Virus record (IMG/VR): IMGVR_UViG_3300045988_081205
Length of the DNA: 64,000 nt
Source of the DNA: a virus
Reading direction: 5' to 3' (one strand)
Part shown: positions 37,582 to 46,584 of the stretch, piece by piece
Numbering within the stretch: position 1 is the first letter of the stretch
How the letters are laid out: each line of letters starts with the position of its first letter
Notes under the pieces: model-generated
Seen by the model: only the letters and a program-made list of their open reading frames with translations
What the model was told of the DNA's origin: nothing
The model's database searches: none
Translations under genes and position numbers: made by a program

Positions 37582-37662
37582 AATGGAAGGTGTACAACTT
37601 CTATTCTTTAAGGAGAACGCTTATCTCGTTCTCCTACCTTAATATTTTCTAAGATAAGGAGA
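37582..37662 (+). promoter_or_regulatory. HNH-gene leader C: two hairpins plus loop-to-SD pseudoknot
   Basis: Hairpin 1 37582-37605; hairpin 2 37612-37634 with loop CTTATCT (37620-37626) complementary to AGATAAG (37652-37658), which overlaps the SD. Confidence 0.6.
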
Positions 37663-37672
37663 AATATGTGTT

Positions 37673-38344
37673 ATGAGTAAATTCAAAAATTTGACAGGAA
37701 TGAGATTTGGGAAACTAACAGCGGTTAAAATAGTAAAAAATTGTGAGCATAAGTGTAAAAGTGTAATTTGGCAATGCAAATGTGATTGCGGAAATATAGT
37801 GAACGTTAGAAGTAGTAATTTAATAAACGGACATACAAAATCCTGTGGATGTATAAGAAAAGAAATAATCATGAACAGAGACAAAGAACGAGCGATTCAT
37901 AATGATTGTAACTCGAGGCTTTATAGAATTTGGCATGGTATGAAAAATAGATGTAATAATCCAAACGCTTACAACTATAAAAATTATGGTGGTAGAGGTA
38001 TTACGATTTGTCCAGAATGGGAAGAATTTATTCCATTTAGAGAATGGTCCAACAGCAACGGTTATGCAGACAATCTTACTATTGATAGAATTGACGTCAA
38101 TGGAAATTATTGCCCTGAAAATTGTAGATGGGCTGATATAAAGACCCAAAATAACAATACCACTAGAAACAGATTGCTAACAGCGTTTGGAGAAACAATG
38201 AATGTTGCTCAGTGGAGTGAAAAGGTAGGTATAAAAAGAGGAGTTATATATACTAGAATCGATACTTATAAATGGGATGTGGAAAAAGCTCTAACAACAC
38301 CAGTTGAGCAAAGAAAGCCTAGAATTAAAGGAGATGCTGATTAA
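37673..38344 (+). mobile_element. free-standing HNH-type endonuclease (different family from A and B)
   Basis: RLYRIWHGMKNRC..YGGRGI..CPEW and LTIDRIDVNGNYCPENCRWADIKTQNNN motifs. Confidence 0.65.
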
Positions 38345-38626
38345 ATGACGGTTGGTGAATTAAGGAAACGGCTTGAAAGATATAACGACGATGAAATTAT
38401 TGACATGAAGTGCTTAGTTGACAACAATTACTATAAAGGATATATTAAAGATGTCTATAAGCTATTCGTGTCAAAGGCACAGAAAGAGCAACCAGTGACC
38501 ATTGAATTAAAAGTAGATTGGAATTTATCCATCAGACAGAGATTTGATATGTTGGGTAAAGCAGTAGAAGATGCTATTGACCGTAACTCAACAGAGCTTA
38601 CAAATATTGCATATGGAGGACGCTAA
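38345..38626 (+). CDS. hypothetical protein
   Basis: ORF track; starts right after the upstream stop. Confidence 0.55.
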   Translation: MTVGELRKRLERYNDDEIIDMKCLVDNNYYKGYIKDVYKLFVSKAQKEQPVTIELKVDWNLSIRQRFDMLGKAVEDAIDRNSTELTNIAYGGR

Positions 38627-38630
38627 TTAA

Positions 38631-38960
38631 ATGAATTATCCAACACCGCAGCTATGCGGCATCCGCGATTTAGATGCAGAATATAACAAAGAGCTAGAAC
38701 GATACACTGCTCTAGTAAAAGAAAAGAAAGAAATTGGCGAACTTGAAGATATTGAAAATATCGATGTGAAAGACTGGTTGCCCGTCTTTGTAGTGCATTG
38801 TATCAGAGATTGCGTTGAGAGAATGGCAACAGGTGCGCCAAGATGGTTCACAGCTTATAGTTCTGATTATACTCCACATACGTTTGATGAATATGAGGCG
38901 GCTATGTATCTACAAGATTTGATTGATGAAAAATTTGGAAATAGGAGGCATCACAGATGA
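38631..38960 (+). CDS. hypothetical protein
   Basis: ORF track. Confidence 0.55.
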   Translation: MNYPTPQLCGIRDLDAEYNKELERYTALVKEKKEIGELEDIENIDVKDWLPVFVVHCIRDCVERMATGAPRWFTAYSSDYTPHTFDEYEAAMYLQDLIDEKFGNRRHHR

Positions 38961-39328
38961 ACTATGAATTTCATGTAGGAGATTATGTTAAAACAAGAGC
39001 TGGTTATATTGGGTATATTGATAACATCAGCGATTTAGAAAATGATAATATTGCAGTTCATGTATGCTTTAGCGATGGAGATACCGCGCTCTTTAGAGTT
39101 AACGACTTAAATGTCACAAATAATTTTCTTCGTATCGGTGCATATGATTTCACTAAGAAAGAAAAGAAGAAGATTGAGCCAATCAGTGATTGCAACAAGC
39201 ATATTTTTTCAAATGCAATCAAATCAGATAGTCAAATAGTAAGAGTGGTAAGTGATGATATTTTGAATAAAATCAATGAGCTTGTTGATGCGGTGAATAA
39301 ATTGATAGATAAGGAGAATGTGAGATGA
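38957..39328 (+). CDS. hypothetical protein
   Basis: ORF track; ATGA coupling. Confidence 0.55.
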   Translation: MNYEFHVGDYVKTRAGYIGYIDNISDLENDNIAVHVCFSDGDTALFRVNDLNVTNNFLRIGAYDFTKKEKKKIEPISDCNKHIFSNAIKSDSQIVRVVSDDILNKINELVDAVNKLIDKENVR

Positions 39329-39522
39329 ATACCGCTTGGGGCTTTATTGAAAAAGACTATGAGTCAAGAGCTACAATTAAGAAGCCAACCAGAGTATGCT
39401 CAGTATGTGGTGCAAATGAGCTTGGATATACCGGCTCGTATTATAGTAAGGCTGAATTTTGGATTTGTCCAGAATGTATAAAGAAGTTAAAGAAATTGCT
39501 TGACAAGGAGAATGAGGAATGA
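39325..39522 (+). CDS. hypothetical zinc-ribbon protein
   Basis: ORF track; CSVCG...CPEC. Confidence 0.55.
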   Translation: MNTAWGFIEKDYESRATIKKPTRVCSVCGANELGYTGSYYSKAEFWICPECIKKLKKLLDKENEE

Positions 39523-39716
39523 TTAAACGGCTATGCGATATTTGTGGTAAAGAGATTATAGGACTTAGAGATAGATATGCTGTTAGCATTGACAATGATT
39601 GCGTAAAAGCTGAATATTTTAAAGTTATTGAGGACGTATGCTCAGATTGCGCAAATTCTATTTATCACTATATTGAAGGCTTAAAAAAGCCTATTGACAA
39701 ATCAACTGAATCGTGA
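39519..39716 (+). CDS. small zinc-ribbon protein, paralogue of 1..186
   Basis: RLCDICGKEI...CSDCA. Confidence 0.55.
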   Translation: MIKRLCDICGKEIIGLRDRYAVSIDNDCVKAEYFKVIEDVCSDCANSIYHYIEGLKKPIDKSTES

Positions 39717-39722
39717 TAATAT
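39694..39722 (+). promoter_or_regulatory. consensus promoter (family member)
   Basis: TTGACA, 17 nt, TGaTAATAT; overlaps upstream CDS end. Confidence 0.55.
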
Positions 39723-39744
39723 ATATGACAAGGAGGTAATGTAA

Positions 39745-39918
39745 TTGACAAAGCTACAGCTAATTCTAGCTTTGACAAAAATGCGCACAATGGCTGAAGG
39801 TACGTCACAAGTTCGCATCCACATTGGCAACCTACTATATGATATTGACCACATTGGCACAGTAATTGATATGGACACCAATAAGCCAAATATTGTTATT
39901 CATGTTAAGGAGAATTAA
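39745..39918 (+). CDS. hypothetical 57-aa protein
   Basis: Below track cutoff; TTG start 8 nt after AAGGAGG. Confidence 0.45.
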   Translation: MTKLQLILALTKMRTMAEGTSQVRIHIGNLLYDIDHIGTVIDMDTNKPNIVIHVKEN

Positions 39919-39933
39919 AAGGAGGACGATTTA

Positions 39934-42372
39934 TTGTTTGTAAATGAGGTATATGAATCTATCTGGAAAGATAGATACCAAAAGGACGGTGAGTCATATG
40001 ATAACCAGCTATGGCGTGTAGCTGATTTTGTAGCATCCGCAGAAGGGGATTGGAACGCGCCTAAATGGGCAGAGAAATTCTTCAGTATTATGAAAGAAGG
40101 CTATTTCTTCCCTGCCGGACGCACAATGAGCAATGCTGGCATTGGTGAAAAGCTAACTCTTAACAACTGCTTTGTAGCACCTATTGTTGGCAACAGCATG
40201 GAGCAGATTTTTAATGCGGTTAAGCTAGGTGCTATGACACATAAGGCTGGTGGCGGCATTGGATACGCTTTTAGCAATCTAGCACCCAATGGTTATAGAA
40301 CCCGTAATGACGCGATTGCATCTGGTCCAGTTAGCTTCATGGATGTGTTTAATGCTCAGACGGCTACTGTGCAGCAAGGCTCAAGGCGCGGTGCAAATAT
40401 GGGTATGCTCAGTGTGTATCATCCTGACATTCTTGAATTTATTCATGCGAAGTCAGCGACAGAAGGACGGCTCAATCATTTCAACCTATCTGTTGTTGTA
40501 GATGATGCTTTTATGCAGCTTGTCATTGATAATGGTCAAGTTCAGCTACACTGGCCTATCTATGACGAGAAGGGTAATAAGCTACCGCCAGATAAGTGGG
40601 ATAAGCAATTTACTAAGCTAGTACCAGCTCGTGATATTTGGAATGAAATTATGCAGATGGCATATGATAATGGCGAACCGGGCGTATTCTATGAAGATAA
40701 TGCTAATAACCGAAATCCTGCATGGTATGTAGAAAGAATTGTTTGTAGCAATCCATGCGCTGAATATCTAGCAGGGACAATCAATGCAACAGACCCATCG
40801 CAGTATGGCGGCGCGTGCAATCTCGGCTCATTATTCCTACACAATTTTGTAAAGAATCCATTTACCAAGCAAGCTCATCTTGATACTGATGCTCTAAGAA
40901 ATACAATTTCTGTTGCCGTCCGTATGCTTGATGATATTATTGATGTAAATAAATTCCCTGACAAGATTTATGAAAATTATCAGAAGGGTATGCGCACTAT
41001 TGGTATTGGTATCACTGGTTTAGCAGATATGCTTGCTATGCTAGGCATGAAGTATGATAGTCAAGAAGCAAGAGATTACGTTGAATCTCTAATGCAAATG
41101 ATTACCAATGCTGAATATTATGCGTCCGTTCAACTTGCTAAAGAAAAGGGTTGTTTCCCTCTATGTGAACCAGACAAACACGTAAATAGCAACTATGTCA
41201 AATCTGTGTTAGAACATGATGTAATTGCCGAGATGTCTGAATATGGTATTCGCAATGCCAAGATTCAGGCGGTTGCACCATGCGGTACAATCTCTATGGT
41301 ATTTGGCAACAACTGCTCTAGTGGTATCGAGCCAATCTTCTCATTGAGCTATGACCGTAAGGTAAAAATTGGCGGTCAGGATGATAAGGACGTAAAAATC
41401 GTCAAGATGATGGATTATGCTTATTATCTTTATCACAAGCTAAAGGATCAAGGTAAGCAACTTGATTTTGACGAGTATGATATTTTCCCAACTGCGCTTA
41501 ATATGTCTGTTGATGACCATGTAGCTATGCTTGCTATTATTAGCAAATATACCGACATGAGCGTCAGTAAGACAATCAATGTACCTACTGAAGCATCATT
41601 TGATGAAGTCAAGGATATTTACATTCAGTGCTGGAAGAAGGGCATTAAGGGTTGCACTATTTTTAGACCAAATGCAATCCGTCAGGGTATTTTGCTTACT
41701 GACAATAAGAAAGATACTGAATCTAAGCCAGAATCTACATCTCTTACTCTGCCTCGCGGCTCAATCATCGAGCCAAGTAACGACCTGATTGGCAAAAAGC
41801 GCAAAATCCAGACAGGATGCGGCTCACTTCATGTTCTAGCATTCTTTGACCCTATTGACGGAAATCTACAAGAGGTATATTTCAACAAAGGCTCAACTGG
41901 CGGATGTGCCAATTTCATGACAGGTCTAAGCCGAATGGTCAGTCTACTATGCCGTGCTGGTGTAGATATTATGACTATTAAAGACCAGCTTGATTCGACT
42001 GGTGTATGCCCATCCTATGCTACTAGAAAGGCAACTCACCATGATACTAGCAAGGGGTCTTGTTGCCCTATGGCTATTGGCAATGCTCTAGTAGAGATGT
42101 ACAATGAGATGCAATCAGAGTTAGATGATAAAGAGGACGATATTCCTATCACATCAAGAAAGCTAAATAAGGCATCTAAAACAGTTACTGAGAATTTTGA
42201 TAAGGCAACAGAGGCATTCAATAAAGTTGTCGATAAGCTTGCTCAACTGGCAAAGGATAGCGGCAATGTTTACAACGCGCCAACTGAGGTATGTCCTGAA
42301 TGCGGCGAACCCGTAATGTTTGAAGGTGGTTGCAAAATTTGTAAGTCGTGTGGTTGGACAAAATGTGAATAA
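39934..42372 (+). CDS. nrdJ: class II (adenosylcobalamin-dependent) ribonucleotide reductase
   Basis: CSNPCAEYL active-site motif; C-terminal CPECG...CKICKSCG zinc ribbon; no small-subunit gene nearby. Confidence 0.8.
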   Translation: MFVNEVYESIWKDRYQKDGESYDNQLWRVADFVASAEGDWNAPKWAEKFFSIMKEGYFFPAGRTMSNAGIGEKLTLNNCFVAPIVGNSMEQIFNAVKLGAMTHKAGGGIGYAFSNLAPNGYRTRNDAIASGPVSFMDVFNAQTATVQQGSRRGANMGMLSVYHPDILEFIHAKSATEGRLNHFNLSVVVDDAFMQLVIDNGQVQLHWPIYDEKGNKLPPDKWDKQFTKLVPARDIWNEIMQMAYDNGEPGVFYEDNANNRNPAWYVERIVCSNPCAEYLAGTINATDPSQYGGACNLGSLFLHNFVKNPFTKQAHLDTDALRNTISVAVRMLDDIIDVNKFPDKIYENYQKGMRTIGIGITGLADMLAMLGMKYDSQEARDYVESLMQMITNAEYYASVQLAKEKGCFPLCEPDKHVNSNYVKSVLEHDVIAEMSEYGIRNAKIQAVAPCGTISMVFGNNCSSGIEPIFSLSYDRKVKIGGQDDKDVKIVKMMDYAYYLYHKLKDQGKQLDFDEYDIFPTALNMSVDDHVAMLAIISKYTDMSVSKTINVPTEASFDEVKDIYIQCWKKGIKGCTIFRPNAIRQGILLTDNKKDTESKPESTSLTLPRGSIIEPSNDLIGKKRKIQTGCGSLHVLAFFDPIDGNLQEVYFNKGSTGGCANFMTGLSRMVSLLCRAGVDIMTIKDQLDSTGVCPSYATRKATHHDTSKGSCCPMAIGNALVEMYNEMQSELDDKEDDIPITSRKLNKASKTVTENFDKATEAFNKVVDKLAQLAKDSGNVYNAPTEVCPECGEPVMFEGGCKICKSCGWTKCE

Positions 42373-42385
42373 GGAGTAAATTAAA

Positions 42386-42610
42386 ATGACAGAAAATCGT
42401 ATCAATTTTTATCTAGGCAGACTAGGTAATGAAGACTGGATTTGCTCATGCGATGAACTAGACCTAATGGGCGAACCAAATAAGGGCGATTTGGTGTATC
42501 TACCGATCAATGCTGACGATGATGAACAGGAAATGTATGTGGTGCTACAGAAATATGTTGCGCCAAATGAAATTAGCTATTTCTGCAAGCCATATAATTG
42601 GGAGGATTGA
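42386..42610 (+). CDS. hypothetical protein
   Basis: ORF track; AAGGAG upstream. Confidence 0.55.
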   Translation: MTENRINFYLGRLGNEDWICSCDELDLMGEPNKGDLVYLPINADDDEQEMYVVLQKYVAPNEISYFCKPYNWED

Positions 42611-42614
42611 ACGA

Positions 42615-42872
42615 ATGGAATTTCTACTAAGATATTTTATTGATGGCAATGTGGATTGTGAAGGACGTGTATGGACATATACTCATGCCGCGCAGATGAT
42701 TATTCCTAGGATTGGTGAACGCGTATGGGTCGATGATAACACCTGTGTAGAGGTTGATATGGTAACATATTCGCCTGATTACTATGATGAGGATAACCTA
42801 TATCTAGTAGATGTAGAATGTCATGATATTACAGAGGATGTCCTAGCTGAATGTGATGAGGAGGACTGCTAA
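42615..42872 (+). CDS. hypothetical protein
   Basis: ORF 42510..42872; ATG 42615 after GGGAGGA. Confidence 0.5.
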   Translation: MEFLLRYFIDGNVDCEGRVWTYTHAAQMIIPRIGERVWVDDNTCVEVDMVTYSPDYYDEDNLYLVDVECHDITEDVLAECDEEDC

Positions 42873-43493
42873 TTGCCTAATGTATCTAATGTTCGCGTAT
42901 ATGCACTAAATGATTCCATTAGAGCAGCTAAGTATCCAAAGGCGGTTGAGCTTGACGGCTTGACCGCAGAGCTCACCAAGGGTATTTTGGCTTGCTTGAA
43001 TTGTCCAACAGGTGAGGGACATGATAATGCTCTAAATGGTATTATTGTCCAATTTGACCTTACATTCAGCCAGAAGGCATGGGTAGAATTGCAAAGATAC
43101 CACTTCGTTGATTTCGTCTCATCTTGCTCTACAATGCATAAACTACAGAATATGAATCCCAGATTGCAATGCAATCGCTATGTTGACCCTAGAGCTATTG
43201 ATATTCTACAAGAAAAGATAAATGAATATAACAGGTTACTCAAAGCAAAGAAAGAACAAGGGCTTGCCGTTGCAGATGAAGAATTGAAGTGGGCGCGACT
43301 TGAGATGCTATATAATATCCCTAGCGGTTTTGAGCTTACAGCTGCAATGACTACCAATTATAGACAGCTCAAAACAATCTATCAACAGCGTCGCAATCAC
43401 GCTCTTACTGATTGGCAGGTGTTCTGTGATTTTTGCGAGACACTACCACGCTTCCTAGAACTAACACAGAGAGGATATGAACCAAATGAGTAA
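42873..43493 (+). CDS. ThyX-like protein with divergent signature motif
   Basis: GHDNALNGIIVQFDLTFSQKAWVELQRYHFVDFVSSCSTMH aligns by eye to the ThyX GHES..EH..F.F...SR....Q..RHR..S....SQRY region, but RHR reads RYH. Confidence 0.5.
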   Translation: MPNVSNVRVYALNDSIRAAKYPKAVELDGLTAELTKGILACLNCPTGEGHDNALNGIIVQFDLTFSQKAWVELQRYHFVDFVSSCSTMHKLQNMNPRLQCNRYVDPRAIDILQEKINEYNRLLKAKKEQGLAVADEELKWARLEMLYNIPSGFELTAAMTTNYRQLKTIYQQRRNHALTDWQVFCDFCETLPRFLELTQRGYEPNE

Positions 43494-43809
43494 AATTTTT
43501 ATCTCTCAGCCGATGAACGGCAAGACAACTGAAGAAATTGAGAATGAACGCAATGATATCATTGACAGACTAGCAACACAGTTTGCCAGAGAAAACGAGT
43601 GTATTGAAGTTATTTATTCATTCTTCAAAAACACGCCGCATGACGTTAAACCCCTATGGTATCTAGGTGAGTCAATTAAGCTAATGAGTGAAGCTGATGT
43701 TGTATTCTTCTGTGATGGTTGGCAGACAGCTAGAGGATGCCAAATTGAGCATGATTGCGCTCTTGAATATGGTATTGATACTATGTATGAGGAGGACTTA
43801 ATTGATTGA
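43477..43809 (+). CDS. DUF4406 / nucleoside 2-deoxyribosyltransferase-like protein
   Basis: IFISQPMNG start and DVVFFCDGWQTARGCQIEHDCALEYGI core. Confidence 0.55.
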   Translation: MNQMSKIFISQPMNGKTTEEIENERNDIIDRLATQFARENECIEVIYSFFKNTPHDVKPLWYLGESIKLMSEADVVFFCDGWQTARGCQIEHDCALEYGIDTMYEEDLID

Positions 43810-44312
43810 AGATTAAAGCAAAGCGACTATCAGATACCGCCAAGCTACCTACTTATGGTAGTGAAAAAGCGGCTTGTGCGGATTTATATTGTGACCTACG
43901 TGTAGATAAGTGCATCGACCTAAATCCTGCACATGTCGATTTCAAGCATATGGAATATAGCGGTGATTGTTTTGATAGAGTTAATATTGCTCCTCATGAG
44001 ACAATTAAGATTCTTACAGGTTGGGCATTCCAGCCGCCTGAAGGATATGCCGGATTCATCTATGCGCGGTCTGGGCTTGCTACTAAAAATGGCTTGCGTC
44101 CTAGCAACTGTGTAGGTGTATGCGACGAGGATTATTCTGGAGAATATATTGTCGCTGTCCATAACGACACAGACAAATATCAAGTCATCAACAATGGGGA
44201 TCGCATTGCCCAACTTGAATTTAGACCATATGAACAAGCTGAATTTGAGCTAGTAGATGAACTAGATGAAACAGAGCGTGGTCAGGGTGGATTTGGAAGT
44301 ACAGGTGCTTAA
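43806..44312 (+). CDS. dut: dUTPase
   Basis: ARSGLATKNGL, GDRIAQL and C-terminal RGQGGFGSTG motifs. Confidence 0.85.
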   Translation: MKIKAKRLSDTAKLPTYGSEKAACADLYCDLRVDKCIDLNPAHVDFKHMEYSGDCFDRVNIAPHETIKILTGWAFQPPEGYAGFIYARSGLATKNGLRPSNCVGVCDEDYSGEYIVAVHNDTDKYQVINNGDRIAQLEFRPYEQAEFELVDELDETERGQGGFGSTGA

Positions 44313-44314
44313 CC

Positions 44315-44545
44315 ATGATTCTACCACGACTATGTATCAATGGTAGTAGATACCGTGTAGAGCTGTATTATCCAGAAGAACCAGATAAGCCAATCGCTAT
44401 CATGTCCGGTTCAGCTAAATCATCATGTGATTTATTTGCTAATATGCTATATATGGCATTAGAGAATTACGATGATGGATATGATATTGGATATAATGAC
44501 GCTATAGAGGATATGGAAGGAGGTGAATTTGATGTGGAAGTTTAG
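44315..44545 (+). CDS. hypothetical protein
   Basis: ORF track. Confidence 0.5.
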   Translation: MILPRLCINGSRYRVELYYPEEPDKPIAIMSGSAKSSCDLFANMLYMALENYDDGYDIGYNDAIEDMEGGEFDVEV

Positions 44546-44873
44546 ACCAATAGGAAAATACTATGAACTATTAGTCGATGGTGATAGCGTTTATCTATGC
44601 CGCAAACAAGATACTATCATTCAAGCCGTGATTGAAGAATTATGCAATAGACACAATACTGAGATGGCTAAATATGAGAATCTGGACGTTGAAATTGTCA
44701 GCTGTGATGAGGCATATTTGAATGGGCTTGAAGATGGTAAGGAAGAAGCTGCTCAAGAACGATATGACGCTGGCTATGACGAAGGATATCAAATTGGCAA
44801 AACAGATGGATATGACTTAGGCTATAGACGAGGATTAGCTGATGCCATTGCTTGTGAAGATAAATTGACATAG
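44532..44873 (+). CDS. hypothetical protein
   Basis: ORF 44523..44873; ATG 44532 after GGAGGTG. Confidence 0.5.
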   Translation: MWKFRPIGKYYELLVDGDSVYLCRKQDTIIQAVIEELCNRHNTEMAKYENLDVEIVSCDEAYLNGLEDGKEEAAQERYDAGYDEGYQIGKTDGYDLGYRRGLADAIACEDKLT

Positions 44874-44881
44874 TAAAAAAA

Positions 44882-44923
44882 TGGGGAACATGGTAGACAT
44901 AATAATCTATCCAATGTTCCCCA
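44882..44923. terminator. bidirectional terminator at the early/late convergence point
   Basis: 10-bp stem TGGGGAACAT / ATGTTCCCCA with an A run upstream and T-rich sequence downstream. Confidence 0.6.
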
Positions 44924-44933
44924 TAAATTTATA

Positions 44934-45461
44934 TTAAGCAGATGCTTGCATTACAATCTTTAACGTCTGGTCGCCTGTATTCTTGACTTGTTTAGCTTCA
45001 GTAGTATATCCTGTCTTAGTAGCTGTAACAGTATATGTATCGCCAATACCGCTTAGTAGGAACTGCTTAGCGTTGCCACTCACTGGGTCAACCGTCTCAC
45101 CATCGACATCGGTCACAGTGATAATAGCATCCTTTGGCGTTACATCAACAGTAAGTAGAAAGCCCTCTTGTAGTGTAACTGCACCCTTTACAATCTTGAA
45201 AAAGCGTCCATCAAGACCAACACCACAATTACCACGACCCATAACAGGCGCACCAATTTCTTCGCCTTCTGAACCATGTAGAGTGATATAACCAGCGCCG
45301 CCAACTTTAACCACGGTAAATAATGCTCCATCCCAGAGCTGACCGCAAGTAGATACTGCTTTACTTCTGTCAACGCTTGTTGCCCCAACATCACAAATCA
45401 CCCCGTTAATAATCTTGAGTGTGGTTGAATCTAGTCTTATGCCGCCACAAAAATTAGCCAT
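44934..45461 (-). CDS. structural protein with C-terminal beta-sandwich (carboxypeptidase-regulatory-like) domain
   Basis: ORF track; LLTVDVTPKDAIITVTD...YTVTATKTGYTT pattern. Confidence 0.5.
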   Translation of the reverse strand: MANFCGGIRLDSTTLKIINGVICDVGATSVDRSKAVSTCGQLWDGALFTVVKVGGAGYITLHGSEGEEIGAPVMGRGNCGVGLDGRFFKIVKGAVTLQEGFLLTVDVTPKDAIITVTDVDGETVDPVSGNAKQFLLSGIGDTYTVTATKTGYTTEAKQVKNTGDQTLKIVMQASA

Positions 45462-45482
45462 ATTTCATTCCCCTCTCTATAA

Positions 45483-46295
45483 TTATGCTTTAGCTACCCA
45501 TGCTAATGCGCCATTTACAATGCCTAGCACCTTATCATTATCAGCAGCCGTGAATGCTGGCAAAATGGCGTCAACATATGCCTTATCAACTGCGTCATTA
45601 TCTTCAGTTGGTTCGGCTGTTAGCTTGAGCTTGCCTACCATAGTGCCGCCTGATTTAAGGATTGCACTAGCTTGAATTGCACCTGTCTTACCATCTACAT
45701 ATTCTTTAGTAGTAGCATGATTCACTGATGTTGGCGCACCTACGCTGACAGGTACATAAGTAGCCTGCGTATCAGCCTTAACGAATGCCGCTGTGCCATC
45801 ATTTGAGCCTGTTAACCTAGGCGCATTTGTACCAGTTGGCTCAATGGTCGAGCCAATATATAATGGTGCTGGACCGTCTGTACTGATTCTATGAGCATTG
45901 ACAATACCATGCTCATTCATGTTCAGGTCACTGTCAATCTTACCATCATCGCCTAGTAGGCTATGCTCATCTACATATGCCTTGGTTGCGGCATCTTGGT
46001 CTGCAACTGGGTCAAGCAGGTCAGTGATTTTATGATTGTTTAGACTGACCTCTGATTCAATAGCCATGCCACTATCTGTATTGCTAATAGACTTAACGCC
46101 CATGATGTTATTGCCATTCATGTATAGGTTGCCGCTCATTGGCACTGTGCCATCTGACTTAAAATCGCCGGATGCACCGCCATCGCCGCCTACACCTTTT
46201 ACATTGAGCACTGGTCTGCCTTGTTCATCTTTAGTATAATTAAATTGGTCTGAATTTAATAGATAGCCACCATCTGCGGCTCTAATTGTTGCCAT
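45483..46295 (-). CDS. tail fibre-like protein
   Basis: PMSGNLYMNGNNI plus three xTKxYVD-type motifs (AATKAYVDEH, ATTKEYVDGK, AVDKAYVDAI). Confidence 0.6.
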   Translation of the reverse strand: MATIRAADGGYLLNSDQFNYTKDEQGRPVLNVKGVGGDGGASGDFKSDGTVPMSGNLYMNGNNIMGVKSISNTDSGMAIESEVSLNNHKITDLLDPVADQDAATKAYVDEHSLLGDDGKIDSDLNMNEHGIVNAHRISTDGPAPLYIGSTIEPTGTNAPRLTGSNDGTAAFVKADTQATYVPVSVGAPTSVNHATTKEYVDGKTGAIQASAILKSGGTMVGKLKLTAEPTEDNDAVDKAYVDAILPAFTAADNDKVLGIVNGALAWVAKA

Positions 46296-46311
46296 ATATT
46301 ATCACATCCTA

Positions 46312-46578
46312 TCAACTATATTCGTCTGGATCTTCATTCTTTTTAGCAAAGATGCGCTTAAATGCTAGAGAAATCAGCTCAAAGCTAAAAGCACCAGCTG
46401 CATATATCAGGACATCGCTAAGGTCGCATCCAATCGTCTCGCCCCAACGTATAACAGCATATGTCTTTAGGCAAGCTGCCCATATCATTACTAAAGTTAA
46501 GAGCCGGAGACAGTATATTACTATCGTCCGGCTCATTTCTCCTTTAGCCCATCTTCGCTTATTTCTAAGTTTAAGCAT
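46312..46578 (-). CDS. two-TM membrane protein (possible second holin or antiholin)
   Basis: ORF track; adjacent to the endolysin. Confidence 0.45.
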   Translation of the reverse strand: MLKLRNKRRWAKGEMSRTIVIYCLRLLTLVMIWAACLKTYAVIRWGETIGCDLSDVLIYAAGAFSFELISLAFKRIFAKKNEDPDEYS

Positions 46579-46584
46579 GGGTTA

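Noticed and set aside
9371-39722. Repeated ~29-nt promoter elements considered as a CRISPR-like array
   Set aside because: The copies are spaced irregularly, hundreds to thousands of bp apart, each upstream of a gene. They match -35/-10 consensus geometry.
26515-39889. Minus-strand ORFs 26515..26721, 33170..33406 and 39668..39889
   Set aside because: Each is antisense to a small plus-strand ORF that has a good SD and start/stop coupling with its neighbours.
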